NCBI GenBank assembly: GCA_944358815.1
Contig: CALVRX010000022.1
Location: 1-63,612, forward strand
Direction: 5' to 3'
Length of the DNA stretch: 63,612 nucleotides
Origin: an uncultured Bacilli bacterium
GTDB taxonomy: Bacteria > Bacillota_I > Bacilli_A > RF39 > UBA660
The translations under genes and the position numbers were made by a program. Position 1 is the first letter of the stretch, and each line of letters opens with the position of its first letter. Shown here piece after piece: positions 1-9,501 of the stretch. Below the pieces are notes generated by a model. It made no database searches. It was not told the DNA's origin and saw only the letters and a list, made by a program, of their open reading frames with translations.

Positions 1-416
1 TAACTAGCCGAAGAGAGTTAAAAGATATTTCTAAAGGAGATGAAGATTTAGAAAGTATGGCAAAGATAATCGAAGATTTAAATGAAGATGAACATATTAT
101 AGGGTTATATGACAAAGATAAAATGGACGCTTGGATGAAAAAGATAGATCATGCGGAAGCAGTAAAAGAAGGACATGCGGAAGGACATGCCAAAGGTCTT
201 GCTGAAGGTCTTGCTGAAGGTCTAGCTGAAGGAAGAGCCGAAGGTAGAGCCAAAGGTAGAGCTGAGGGCATTGCTGAAGGATTACAACAAGGTTCTGATA
301 GTAAAGCCAAAGAAATTGCTAAGAAAATGTTAAAATCTGGTATGGCATTATCTGAAATTTCTAAATTTACTGGTTTAAAAGAACAAATTATTGAAAATTT
401 AACAGAGGAAAATTAA
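1..416 (+). CDS. C-terminal part of an Rpn/YhgA-like (PD-(D/E)XK) recombination-promoting nuclease / putative transposase; 5' end outside the window
   Basis: Frame 3 is open from the window edge (..TSRRELKDISKGDEDLES-MAKII..). G-x-A-E/K tetrapeptide repeats are followed by an AKKMLKSGMALSEISKFTGL tail, typical of this family's C-terminus. Recognised from memory only. Confidence 0.4.
   Translation, partial: TSRRELKDISKGDEDLESMAKIIEDLNEDEHIIGLYDKDKMDAWMKKIDHAEAVKEGHAEGHAKGLAEGLAEGLAEGRAEGRAKGRAEGIAEGLQQGSDSKAKEIAKKMLKSGMALSEISKFTGLKEQIIENLTEEN
171..278 (+). repeat. Nine tandem 12-nt coding repeats (ggNNNNgcNgaa/aaa) encoding (G-x-A-E/K)9
   Basis: Read directly: ggacatgcggaa ggacatgccaaa ggtcttgctgaa x2 ggtctagctgaa ggaagagccgaa ggtagagccaaa ggtagagctgag ggcattgctgaa. 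Confidence 0.9.
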
Positions 417-450
417 TCCTTTGTTTTTTGTATAATAAAAATAACAATGG

Positions 451-723
451 TTAAAATCCATTGTTATTAAATTTGTTACATCCATATCCTGGGTCGTTGT
501 TGATAATTTGATTTTCTTCAGAACAACTATATTCTGGAGTATAAGTGTGATTATAAATATGTTTATTAATTATATGAGTGTGAATTGGACAGATATGATT
601 TACTTCATGACAGTATTCTCTTTCAATACAATTATTAATAACTGGTTCCATGATTGGACAGTTTGGGTCTTGATTGCAACAGTTATTTATTGGTTTTGCA
701 AATCCAAAATTTTTTTTGAACAT
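451..723 (-). CDS. cotD: CotD-like spore coat protein (Cys/His/Asn-rich, 90 aa)
   Basis: The ICPIHTHIINKHIYNHTYTPEYS segment resembles the P-x-H-x-x-H-T-x-VNH..H-x-F-P-H-T-x-S core of Bacillus CotD. It has a GGGGGA SD and a CATAtcaTA (sigma-K-like -10) upstream on the minus strand. Confidence 0.5.
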   Translation of the reverse strand: MFKKNFGFAKPINNCCNQDPNCPIMEPVINNCIEREYCHEVNHICPIHTHIINKHIYNHTYTPEYSCSEENQIINNDPGYGCNKFNNNGF

Positions 724-872
724 TTTATTTTCCCCCTTGTCTAATTTATGATATGAGTTAGTTTAAAACATGAATATGGCAAATGTTTATAGTTTGTTAA
801 ATTATTTTATTATGAGCAAAATGTTAAATAAATTTTGTACATTATTTTAATGTGAACTATTTTTTATAGAAT

Positions 873-896
873 ATAAAAAAGTGCTTGTGGGCACTT
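873..896 (-). terminator. Intrinsic terminator of the HIT gene
   Basis: Hairpin AAGTGC-ttgtgg-GCACTT (879-896) is followed by a U-run on the minus strand (A-run 875-880 on plus). It overlaps the stop codon. Confidence 0.7.
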
Positions 897-1257
897 ATTT
901 TAATATGTTATAAATTTCCTGTGGGGAAAGTTTTGGACCTTCTTTTTTATATTGAGGTTTTAAATGAAGATGAAAGTGTTTAACTTCTTGTTTTAGTCCG
1001 TTATTTTGAACTAAAGTTAATCCATCAGTGTGTAATTTGTCTTTTAAAAGTTTGTCTATTTTTCTAGCTATATCCATAATATGAGATAGAGTTTTATCAT
1101 CTATATCAAATAAATCTTGATAGTGTTTTTTAGGTACAATTAATGTATGTCCATTAACGTCAGGATTGGTATCTAGAAAAACTTTGACAATATCATCTTC
1201 ATATATAGTATAAGAAGGTATTTCTCCATTGACTATTTTACAAAATATACAATCCAT
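895..1257 (-). CDS. HIT family protein (Hint-like nucleotide hydrolase)
   Basis: MDCIFCKI start and histidine triad HFHLHLKP. The start at 1257 is preferred over 1269 because GGTGA lies 8 nt upstream. Confidence 0.85.
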   Translation of the reverse strand: MDCIFCKIVNGEIPSYTIYEDDIVKVFLDTNPDVNGHTLIVPKKHYQDLFDIDDKTLSHIMDIARKIDKLLKDKLHTDGLTLVQNNGLKQEVKHFHLHLKPQYKKEGPKLSPQEIYNILK

Positions 1258-1411
1258 TTTTATCACCATTATTATTTTATCATAGAAAGAAAAAAAGAGT
1301 AAACTCTTTTATTGTGAATATCTGCGAATATTCTAATTTATTATTGGGGAAATTTTTTATTTTTATACAAAAAAATTAGAAAAAATGTTAAAATATAATG
1401 AGGTGATAAAA

Positions 1412-2158
1412 ATGAATATTTTAAGTATAGATAATTTAACAGTTAGCGTTAGCGAAAAAATAATTTTGAAAGATTTTAGTTTGGAAGTTAAATCTGGAGA
1501 AATTCATGCTATTATGGGACCTAATGGAACTGGTAAATCAACCTTAACTAAGGTTATTATGGGTGATCCTAACTATAAGATCGAAAAGGGTACAATTAGT
1601 TATAATGGTAAAGTTTTAAATGATATGCCGGTTAATGAACGAGCTAAGTTAGGAATTTTTTTGGGAATGCAGATGCCTATGGCTATTGAAGGGGTTACTA
1701 ATGCAGATTTTTTAAGAAGTGCTCTTCGGGCTAAGGAAGGTGATAAGTTTAAGTTATTACCATTTATTAGAGAGCTTGATAAATTAACAGAACAATTACA
1801 TATGGATAAAGATATGATTCACCGGGGAATTAATGATGGTTTTTCTGGCGGTGAACGTAAAAAAAATGAAATTTTACAGATGAATATTTTAAAACCAGAT
1901 GTTATTTTATTAGATGAAATTGATTCTGGTCTTGATGTGGATAGTTTAAGATTAGTAGGTGAAAGTGTGATGAGGTATTATGAAGAGAAAAAGCCAGCTA
2001 TTTTACTTGTTACACATTATCAAAGATTACTTGATTATATAACCCCTGATTTTGTACATATTATGCGCGATGGTAAAATTGTGAAGAGTGGAGATAAGAG
2101 TTTAGCTTTGGAAATTGAAAAAGAAGGTTATGATAAAGTAGGTAAGGGCGATGAATAA
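1412..2158 (+). CDS. sufC: Fe-S cluster assembly ATPase SufC
   Basis: Walker A GPNGTGKST, signature FSGGERKK, Walker B ILLDEIDSGLD. GAGGTGA SD before the ATG at 1412. Confidence 0.9.
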   Translation: MNILSIDNLTVSVSEKIILKDFSLEVKSGEIHAIMGPNGTGKSTLTKVIMGDPNYKIEKGTISYNGKVLNDMPVNERAKLGIFLGMQMPMAIEGVTNADFLRSALRAKEGDKFKLLPFIRELDKLTEQLHMDKDMIHRGINDGFSGGERKKNEILQMNILKPDVILLDEIDSGLDVDSLRLVGESVMRYYEEKKPAILLVTHYQRLLDYITPDFVHIMRDGKIVKSGDKSLALEIEKEGYDKVGKGDE

Positions 2159-2939
2159 AATTTTAATTTGTGATGAAGATATTAAAATAGAAAATGAAGA
2201 TGGTATTGAAGTTGTTATAGGTGAAGCTAGTAAGTTTTTAAATGTTCAGACAGTAAAAATAAAAGCTCAAAAAGATACTAATATTGTGATAGAAGCTGGT
2301 CAGGTATCTATAAAATTGGATTTTTATATTAATGTATTAAAGGGCGTTAAGTTAAATATTTATGAATATAAACATGATGGTGATTATAAATTTCAATATA
2401 AGTATTATTTAGAAGATGAAAGTTATTTGAATGTCGAGAAAATTAATGATGGTAGCGATATTAAAGAGATGACTGTTATTAATTTGAATGGCGAAGGTGC
2501 AAAGGTTGATTTTAATTTAAAAACTATTAGTAAAAAACATGAAAAGTATAATTTTTTAGTTTATCATAATGCGAAGAATACTATTAGTAACATAAGAAAT
2601 AATGGAGTGAATATTTTAAATGGGACGTTAGAATTTAATGTATCAGGCTTTGTTTCTAAAGGAATAACTGGCTGTGATATTAATCAAAGTGGACGAATTA
2701 TTAATACAACTAAAAATACTTGTATAATAAAACCTAATTTATTTATTGATGAAAATGATGTAGTAGCTAATCATAGTGCGCTCATTGGTACTTTTTCGTC
2801 TGACGAGATATTTTATTTAATGAGTCGGGGTATTGATAAAAAAGAGTCTGAAATGTTACTTACTAAGGGGTTTCTTTTAAAAAATATTACTTATTATAAA
2901 GAAACTTTAGAGAAGATTATTAGTAGATATTGGAGGTGA
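2151..2939 (+). CDS. sufD: Short SufB/SufD-family Fe-S assembly scaffold protein (262 aa)
   Basis: C-terminal beta-helix core (..KPNLFIDENDVVANHSALIGTFSSDEIFYLMSRGIDKKESEMLLTKGF..) matches the UPF0051 SufB/D signature. It overlaps the sufC stop by 8 nt. Confidence 0.75.
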   Translation: MNKILICDEDIKIENEDGIEVVIGEASKFLNVQTVKIKAQKDTNIVIEAGQVSIKLDFYINVLKGVKLNIYEYKHDGDYKFQYKYYLEDESYLNVEKINDGSDIKEMTVINLNGEGAKVDFNLKTISKKHEKYNFLVYHNAKNTISNIRNNGVNILNGTLEFNVSGFVSKGITGCDINQSGRIINTTKNTCIIKPNLFIDENDVVANHSALIGTFSSDEIFYLMSRGIDKKESEMLLTKGFLLKNITYYKETLEKIISRYWR

Positions 2940-2943
2940 TTAA

Positions 2944-4137
2944 ATGAATAGGGATGATTTTAATATTTTAAAGTCCGGAGTTATTTATTTTGATAATGGG
3001 GCAACTACTTTAAAACCGAAAGTTTTAGGAGAAGCCGTAGCTGATTATTATGATAATTACAGTTCTAATATTCACCGTGGTGATTATACTTTAAGTTCGA
3101 AAGCTGAACAAAAGTATGAAGAGACAAGATATTTGGTAAAGGATTTAATTGGTGCTAAAAAAGCTAATGAAATTGCTTTTACAAGTGGAACAACAGATTC
3201 TATTAATAAAATTGTTTTTGGTTATTTTAGAGATCATTTGACAGAAGGTGATGAGGTATTACTAACTAAAAGTGAACATGCTTCAAATTTACTTCCATGG
3301 TTTGAACTTGCAGATGAGAAGAAACTTAAAATTAGTTATATTGAACTAGATGATAATCATGAAGTTTTGATAGAAAATGTAGAAAAGGCAATAACTTTAA
3401 AGACTAAGGTAATATCTATTGCTCATGTTAGTAATGTAGTTGGTGATATTAGACCAATTAAGGAAATTGTTAAATTAGCTCATAGTAAAGGAATACTTGT
3501 TTTGGTAGATGGGGCACAAAGTGTTCCACATTTAAAAATTGATGTACAAGATTTGGATATAGATTTTTTGGCTTTTTCAGCTCATAAAATGTGTGGACCG
3601 ACTGGGGTTGGAGTTTTATATGGAAAAGAAAAGCTATTAGAAGAAATTAAGCCAATTATTTTTGGTGGAGATATGAATGCTGATTTTAATCATAATGGTG
3701 AACGTATTTATAAGTCGATGCCTTATCTTTTAGAAGCAGGAACTCCTAATATTGCTGGAGTAATTGGTTTTGGATATACTATTAAGTATTTGATGAATAT
3801 TGGACTAGAGAAAATTCATGATTATGAGTTAGAATTAAAAAAATATTTGGTTAAAAGATTAAAAGAAATTAAGGAAATTACTATTTATAATGAAAATAGT
3901 AAGAGTGGTATTGTAACGATAAATTATGAGGGAATTTTTCCACAAGATTTGTCTATTTATTTGGACAAGTATAATATTTGTACTAGAGCTGGTAATCATT
4001 GTGCGAAGATTTTAAAAGATGAAATTCATATTAAAAATACTTGTAGAATAAGTTTATATTTTTATAATTCTAAAGAAGAAATTGATAGATTAATAGAGGT
4101 ACTTAAAAATCCAAACATTAAGAGAGAAATTATATAG
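2944..4137 (+). CDS. sufS: Cysteine desulfurase SufS (class V aminotransferase)
   Basis: PLP-lysine motif SAHKMCGPTGVG and active-site loop RAGNHCA. Confidence 0.9.
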   Translation: MNRDDFNILKSGVIYFDNGATTLKPKVLGEAVADYYDNYSSNIHRGDYTLSSKAEQKYEETRYLVKDLIGAKKANEIAFTSGTTDSINKIVFGYFRDHLTEGDEVLLTKSEHASNLLPWFELADEKKLKISYIELDDNHEVLIENVEKAITLKTKVISIAHVSNVVGDIRPIKEIVKLAHSKGILVLVDGAQSVPHLKIDVQDLDIDFLAFSAHKMCGPTGVGVLYGKEKLLEEIKPIIFGGDMNADFNHNGERIYKSMPYLLEAGTPNIAGVIGFGYTIKYLMNIGLEKIHDYELELKKYLVKRLKEIKEITIYNENSKSGIVTINYEGIFPQDLSIYLDKYNICTRAGNHCAKILKDEIHIKNTCRISLYFYNSKEEIDRLIEVLKNPNIKREII

Positions 4138-4201
4138 TTTCTCTTTTAATTTGACTTTATTTTGGATAATGGTATTATATAGGCTTGAAAAGAGGATTAT
4201 T

Positions 4202-4633
4202 ATGTTTGATTTTAAGTGTAGTCAAGATATGGATATTAATTGGTTTGAAGAAGAATATAATAAAAATAAGGATTTATTAAATTATTTAGTGGATAATATT
4301 AATAGTTTAGATAAAGTATTTGATGAAATAGGTTATGATAAGTGCTTAACTATTATTAAATTTTTAGATTTATGTGAAGAAAATTATATCGTTTTAATGT
4401 TGATGCAAAGTTTAATTACTTATTGTCATCAGAAAGAAGATACTAAATTTTTGGAACTTTATATGTATTTTCAAAATAATAATATGGATTGCTGGCTTGA
4501 AGAATGTTCATTAGAAGATTTAAGAATGGTTAAAAGGTGTATTTTGGCTGATAAAATGATGCAAGAAGCATTTCCACAGATAGTCGATTCTATTTTGAAG
4601 AAAGAACATGCTTTTAGTCATAATATTTTGTGA
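4202..4633 (+). CDS. Hypothetical protein (143 aa)
   Basis: ORF with an AAGAGGA SD before the ATG at 4202. No motif recognised. Confidence 0.5.
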   Translation: MFDFKCSQDMDINWFEEEYNKNKDLLNYLVDNINSLDKVFDEIGYDKCLTIIKFLDLCEENYIVLMLMQSLITYCHQKEDTKFLELYMYFQNNNMDCWLEECSLEDLRMVKRCILADKMMQEAFPQIVDSILKKEHAFSHNIL

Positions 4634-4671
4634 TTTTAATAAATTAAGGTATAATGGGTATGGTGGTTATA

Positions 4672-5586
4672 ATGAAAAAAAGTGTGCTTATATGTAATCC
4701 CAATAGTGGAAAAAATAATAAAGAAGTTTTGGCACATAAGTTTGAGGAAATTTTACATGATTATGGTTATAGTGTAGAAATTATTTTTACTAAGTATGCA
4801 GGTCATGCAAAGAAAATTACTGCAGAATTACCTGATGATATTGATTTGGTAATATCTTTAGGTGGAGATGGAACTTTTAATGAAGTTGTAACTGGTGATT
4901 TAAAGAGAAAAAAGAGATTATTACTGACACATATTCCACTTGGCACAACTAATGATTTAGGGGCTACTTTTGGTATGGGTAAAAATCCTGTAGCTAATTT
5001 GAAAATGATTTTAGAAGGGACTGTTAAAGATTTAGATATATGTACAATTAATGATGTACCTTTTGTATATGTGGCAGGGCTTGGTAAGTTTACTGATGTA
5101 GCTTATGATACACCAAGAAAACTTAAAAAGAATTTGGGATATATGGCTTATTTACTCAATGCAGTTAAGTCTTTTAATCAAAAAACACATTTATTTGAAA
5201 TGACTTATACAGCTAATGGTGAAACTTATACGGGGCTTTATTCTTTTGTACTTATTTGTAATGCCAGTAGAATGGGTGGACTAGAGATTTTACAAGATGT
5301 AAAGATGAATGATGGTAAGTTTGAAGTACTTATTTCAAATATTACTACTAAGAAGGATATTATTAGAAGTTTATATTTTTTAAAAACAAGTGATATTACT
5401 AAGGTTCCAGGTTTTTATTTTTTTAGAACAGATAATTTGAAGATTAAATTAAAAGAACCGCCACGAAAGAGATTTTGTATTGATGGAGAAATGTTAAAAA
5501 CAAGAACAACTGAGTATGAAATTAAAATTGTAAAAGGAATAAAGATGTTATTACCTAATAGTGAATTAGATAAAATATTTATATAA
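4672..5586 (+). CDS. Diacylglycerol kinase family lipid kinase (DagK/YegS-like)
   Basis: NPNSGK N-terminus and GGDGTFNEVV catalytic-domain motif. Confidence 0.85.
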   Translation: MKKSVLICNPNSGKNNKEVLAHKFEEILHDYGYSVEIIFTKYAGHAKKITAELPDDIDLVISLGGDGTFNEVVTGDLKRKKRLLLTHIPLGTTNDLGATFGMGKNPVANLKMILEGTVKDLDICTINDVPFVYVAGLGKFTDVAYDTPRKLKKNLGYMAYLLNAVKSFNQKTHLFEMTYTANGETYTGLYSFVLICNASRMGGLEILQDVKMNDGKFEVLISNITTKKDIIRSLYFLKTSDITKVPGFYFFRTDNLKIKLKEPPRKRFCIDGEMLKTRTTEYEIKIVKGIKMLLPNSELDKIFI

Positions 5587-5672
5587 TGTTTAAAGCTATG
5601 GGCAAAATTGCTTTTTATGGCTTTTTTTGTTATAATTATTAAGGCTTTTAAACACTTTAGAAAGGAGAAAAA

Positions 5673-7319
5673 ATGAGTAAAATAAAAATATTTGCACTCG
5701 GCGGATTAAATGAAGATGGTAAAAATATGTATGTTGTCGATGTCGATAATGATATGTTTATATTTGATGCGGGATTAAAGTATGCCGATGATAAAATGCT
5801 TGGAGTAGATTATATTATTCCAAATTACGACTTGCTTAAGAAAAATAAGAAAAGAATTAAAGGTATATTTATTACCCATGGACATTATGATAATATGGGA
5901 GCACTTACAGAAATTTTAAAGGATATTCCAGATTTGCCAATTTATGGAACGAGTTTTACTGTAGAAATTATTAAAGATGAGTTATTAGATGATAATTTAA
6001 ATGTGAAAAATTTACATGTGATTAAACCACATAAGAAGATAAATTTTGGAAAGAATAGTATTTTTCCAATATCTTTGACACACATGGTACCGGATAATGT
6101 AGGATATGTATTATATACACCAGATGGAGCAATTTTTTATACGGGAAATTTTGTATTTGATTCAACAATGCTTGGGGCATATAGGACTGATATTGGTAAA
6201 CTTGCTTATGTTGGTAAACAAGGTGTTTTATGTTTACTTTCTGAATCATTATATGCAGATAAAAAAGGATTTACATCACCTCATCATCGTACTGGAGCGG
6301 CTATTCGAGAAATTTTATATAGAACGAATGGTAGAATTTTATATAATATATATCAAGCACAACTTTATAGGATTCAAGAGTTATTTAATGCCCTTAAAGA
6401 TACTAAGAGAAATGTGGTTATTATGGGTAAGAGGTTAGAAAGTGTTATTTTAAAAGCTATTGATATGAAATATATTGATTTTGATAAAAAAAGAATTTGC
6501 CCAATTAATCATGTTAAAGATGATAAGGTGGTAGTAATTGTTTCTGATGAAAGAGAAAAACCATTTTCTAATTTAAAAAGAATTGTCCGAGGTTATGATA
6601 AATTTGTGACAGTAACTCCAGAAGATACGGTTATTTTTGCGTCACCAATTGAAGATGGTATGGAAAGAACGGCTACTAAGTTACTCGATGGACTTGCGAA
6701 AATAGGAGCTAATGTAGTAGAACTTTCTAGAAAAAAATATTTATCACATCATGCTTCTTCTGAAGATTTAATGCTTATGATAGATTTAATGCAGCCAAAG
6801 TATTATATGCCTGTGATTGGTGAGTATCGCCATCAGGTAGCCAATGCTAATGTAGCAAAAGAAGTAGGTATGGATGATGAACATATTTTACTTAGATTAA
6901 ACGGTGAAGTAGCTTATTTTGAAAATGGTAAGTTAGTTGATAATGGTATGAAAGTTCCTGTCGATGATATTTTAATCGATGGTTTAGCGGCTGGTGATGT
7001 TGGCGATTTAGTACTTAAGGATCGTGAGCTTTTAAGTGATAGTGGCATTGTCATTATTACAGCAACAATTGATAAGCAAACTAAGGAAATTTTAGCCGGA
7101 CCAGAGGTTTTGACACGCGGCTTTATTTTTGTTAGAGATAATATTAATTTGATTAAAGAAGCAGAAAAGATTGCTATAGATGTTATTAAAGAAAATACGA
7201 AGTCTAATTATGTTGATTTTTCTAAGGTAAAGATGGGAATTAGAGATAAAGTTGGTAAGTATTTTTATAATCAAACTGAGTGCAAACCAATGATTTTAAT
7301 TGTAATAGGGGAAGTATAG
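5673..7319 (+). CDS. rnj: Ribonuclease J (beta-CASP metallo-beta-lactamase), J2-like variant
   Basis: MSKIKIFALGGLNEDGKNMY start, beta-lactamase motif THGHYDNMG, and the typical C-terminal domain. Length 548 aa. Confidence 0.85.
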   Translation: MSKIKIFALGGLNEDGKNMYVVDVDNDMFIFDAGLKYADDKMLGVDYIIPNYDLLKKNKKRIKGIFITHGHYDNMGALTEILKDIPDLPIYGTSFTVEIIKDELLDDNLNVKNLHVIKPHKKINFGKNSIFPISLTHMVPDNVGYVLYTPDGAIFYTGNFVFDSTMLGAYRTDIGKLAYVGKQGVLCLLSESLYADKKGFTSPHHRTGAAIREILYRTNGRILYNIYQAQLYRIQELFNALKDTKRNVVIMGKRLESVILKAIDMKYIDFDKKRICPINHVKDDKVVVIVSDEREKPFSNLKRIVRGYDKFVTVTPEDTVIFASPIEDGMERTATKLLDGLAKIGANVVELSRKKYLSHHASSEDLMLMIDLMQPKYYMPVIGEYRHQVANANVAKEVGMDDEHILLRLNGEVAYFENGKLVDNGMKVPVDDILIDGLAAGDVGDLVLKDRELLSDSGIVIITATIDKQTKEILAGPEVLTRGFIFVRDNINLIKEAEKIAIDVIKENTKSNYVDFSKVKMGIRDKVGKYFYNQTECKPMILIVIGEV

Positions 7320-7377
7320 TCCTCTTTTTTTCTTGCTTTTTTTTTAGTTTGTATATATAATTATGATAGGTGGTTAT

Positions 7378-7743
7378 ATGAATAGGAAAGGTTTTACATT
7401 AATTGAGCTTATTGGAGTTATTGTTATTTTAGCACTTTTGACTTTGATTATCGTGCCTAATGTAGTTACTTATTTACAAAAGGGTATTTCGGATAGTAAA
7501 GAATATCAAGAAGAATCTATAATTTTAAGTGCGAAAAATTGGGCTTCTGATCACAAAAATGAACTTCCAGAGAAAGGTAATCCTTTAAAACTACAACTTA
7601 GTGTATTACAAGAAGGGGGATATTTGGATAATAGTATTAAGGATCCGGAAACTGGTGATGTGATAGATCCTAATTCAAAATGTGTAGTTATTAGTACTGA
7701 AAATGGTAAAAAATATGATTATTCTTTACAAGATTGTGGCTAG
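7378..7743 (+). CDS. Type IV pilin / pseudopilin-like protein (prepilin-type N-terminal methylation motif)
   Basis: Leader MNRKG followed by FTLIELIGVIVILALL (G-1, F+1, E+5). C-terminal Cys pair (SKC...QDCG). Confidence 0.8.
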   Translation: MNRKGFTLIELIGVIVILALLTLIIVPNVVTYLQKGISDSKEYQEESIILSAKNWASDHKNELPEKGNPLKLQLSVLQEGGYLDNSIKDPETGDVIDPNSKCVVISTENGKKYDYSLQDCG

Positions 7744-7765
7744 GATTAAGACTAGCTTTTTTTTT
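7739..7765 (+). terminator. Intrinsic terminator after the pilin-like gene
   Basis: GCTAG-8 nt-CTAGC hairpin followed by 9 T. Confidence 0.7.
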
Positions 7766-7799
7766 GATTTTGTGTTATTATCTTTGGGGAAGTGATTGT

Positions 7800-9212
7800 A
7801 TGTTAACACCACATTTAAATGAAGCTAAAAAAAGAACTAAATCTTTGGTTAAAATAGAAAATTTTAAGATGCCTGAAGAGTTAAAAAAAATAGGTCTTGG
7901 TAAAACTTATTATGTAAAAACTTATGGATGTCAGATGAATGTTCATGATTCAGAAAATATTAAAGCGATGTTGGAAGAGATGGGCTTTAATGAAGCTGAT
8001 AGTATGGAAAAGGCTGATTTGATATTGCTGAATACATGTGCAATTAGGGAAAATGCGCATAATAAGGTTTTTGGAATGATCGGAAGAATTAAACATTTGA
8101 AGGAGGAAAGACCAGAAATTATCGCGGGTGTTTGTGGATGTATGGCACAAGAAGAAGTTGTGGTTAATGAAATTTTGGATAAGTTTAGTTTTTTAAATTT
8201 TGTCTTTGGAACACATAATATTCATGAATTGCCAGAAATTTTAAATAAAGCAATGCACAAAAATAATATTGAAGTTGAGGTTTATAGTTGTGAGGGTAAT
8301 ATTATTGAAGATATGCCAGCAAAAAGAGATAGTAAATATAAGGCTTATGTAAATATTATGTATGGCTGTGATAAGTTTTGTACATATTGTATTGTTCCTT
8401 ATACAAGGGGTAAACAAAGAAGTAGAAGATTTGGAGATATTATAAGAGAAGTTAAAAATTTAAAGGATAATGGTTATAAAGAAGTTACTTTACTTGGTCA
8501 GAATGTGAATGCTTATGGTAAGGATTTAAATTTAGAATATGATATGAGTGATTTACTTGAAGAAGTGGCTAAAACGGGTATTGAAAGAGTAAGGTTTATA
8601 ACTTCACATCCTTGGGATTTTACCGATAAAATGATTGATGTTATAGGAAAATATCCAAATATAATGCCATATATTCATTTACCATTACAATCTGGTAGTG
8701 ATAGGATTTTAAAATTGATGGGCAGAAGATATACTAAAGAATCATATTTAGAACTTTTTAATAAGATTAAGGAAACAGTTCCAGGTGTAGCAATTACAAC
8801 GGATATTATAGTGGGTTTTCCTGGTGAGAGTGAAGAAGATTTTAAAGAAACTTTAGATGTTGTGAATACTTGTAAGTATGATTCGGCTTTTACTTTTATT
8901 TTTTCACCAAGGGAAGGTACTCCGGCCGCAAAAATGAAAGATGATACACCACTTTCAGTTAAAGAAGATAGATTACATCAGCTTAATGAACTGATAAATA
9001 AATATGCTTTAGAGGCAAATGTAAAATATTTAGGTAAGACAGTACCAGTTCTTTTAGAAACTATTAGTGAGAAAAAAGATGGTATGTTAGCTGGATATAC
9101 AGATACAATGAAACTTGTCAATGTTAAGGCACCTCATGATAAATTGGGTAAGATTGTCGATGTCAAGATTACTGATGTAAAAACTTGGAGTATGGATGGA
9201 GAAATAGCTTAG
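7800..9212 (+). CDS. miaB: tRNA-i6A37 methylthiotransferase MiaB
   Basis: N-terminal MTTase Cys triad (CQMN, CAIRE, CGCMAQ), radical SAM CDKFCTYC, and a TRAM C-terminus. The start at 7800 lies downstream of the terminator. Confidence 0.9.
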   Translation: MLTPHLNEAKKRTKSLVKIENFKMPEELKKIGLGKTYYVKTYGCQMNVHDSENIKAMLEEMGFNEADSMEKADLILLNTCAIRENAHNKVFGMIGRIKHLKEERPEIIAGVCGCMAQEEVVVNEILDKFSFLNFVFGTHNIHELPEILNKAMHKNNIEVEVYSCEGNIIEDMPAKRDSKYKAYVNIMYGCDKFCTYCIVPYTRGKQRSRRFGDIIREVKNLKDNGYKEVTLLGQNVNAYGKDLNLEYDMSDLLEEVAKTGIERVRFITSHPWDFTDKMIDVIGKYPNIMPYIHLPLQSGSDRILKLMGRRYTKESYLELFNKIKETVPGVAITTDIIVGFPGESEEDFKETLDVVNTCKYDSAFTFIFSPREGTPAAKMKDDTPLSVKEDRLHQLNELINKYALEANVKYLGKTVPVLLETISEKKDGMLAGYTDTMKLVNVKAPHDKLGKIVDVKITDVKTWSMDGEIA

Positions 9213-9225
9213 GCTGTTTCTTTTT
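9201..9225 (+). terminator. Intrinsic terminator after miaB
   Basis: GAAATAGC-ttag-GCTGTTTC hairpin (one G.U pair) followed by TTTTT. It overlaps the stop codon. Confidence 0.6.
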
Positions 9226-9501
9226 ACTAGTATAAAGATTTTTTGGATAATTATTTGATATGATATTTATATGGAAGAACTTTTTAATGTTTTTATTAAT
9301 TATATTATAATAATAACTTTTACTTTTTGTATATTTTCTTTTACTATCATTTTATACTATCTACTTTTTTGTAAAAAAATAAATAATTGAATAAAAAGTT
9401 TTCATTTTCATATTTAAATGAAAATAATTCGAAAATAAACTTATTTTAAATTTTGAATTTTTATGTGCATTTCGAATGTAAAGAAAGGAATGAAATTTAT
9501 T

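Noticed and set aside
171-278. Regular 12-nt tandem repeats, considered as a possible CRISPR or minisatellite.
   Set aside because: The period is too short and there are no spacers. The repeats are in frame and encode (GxAE)n within an Rpn-like protein tail. No CRISPR array was seen anywhere in the window.
508-744. 78-aa ORF on the + strand opposite the cotD-like gene.
   Set aside because: It lies entirely antisense to a better-supported ORF that has an SD and family-like motifs. It has low-complexity hydrophobic composition typical of AT-rich antisense frames and no SD.
1290-1312. Hairpin AAAGAGT-aa-ACTCTTT between the HIT gene and sufC, considered as a terminator.
   Set aside because: The two flanking genes diverge from this region, so nothing would be terminated there. 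It may be an operator, but I have no supporting evidence.
6022-7274. ORFs 6022-6249(-), 6106-6438(+, out of frame) and 7092-7274(-) inside the RNase J gene.
   Set aside because: They are embedded in a clearly conserved 548-aa gene. Their I/L/Y/N-rich translations are characteristic of off-frame reading of AT-rich DNA.
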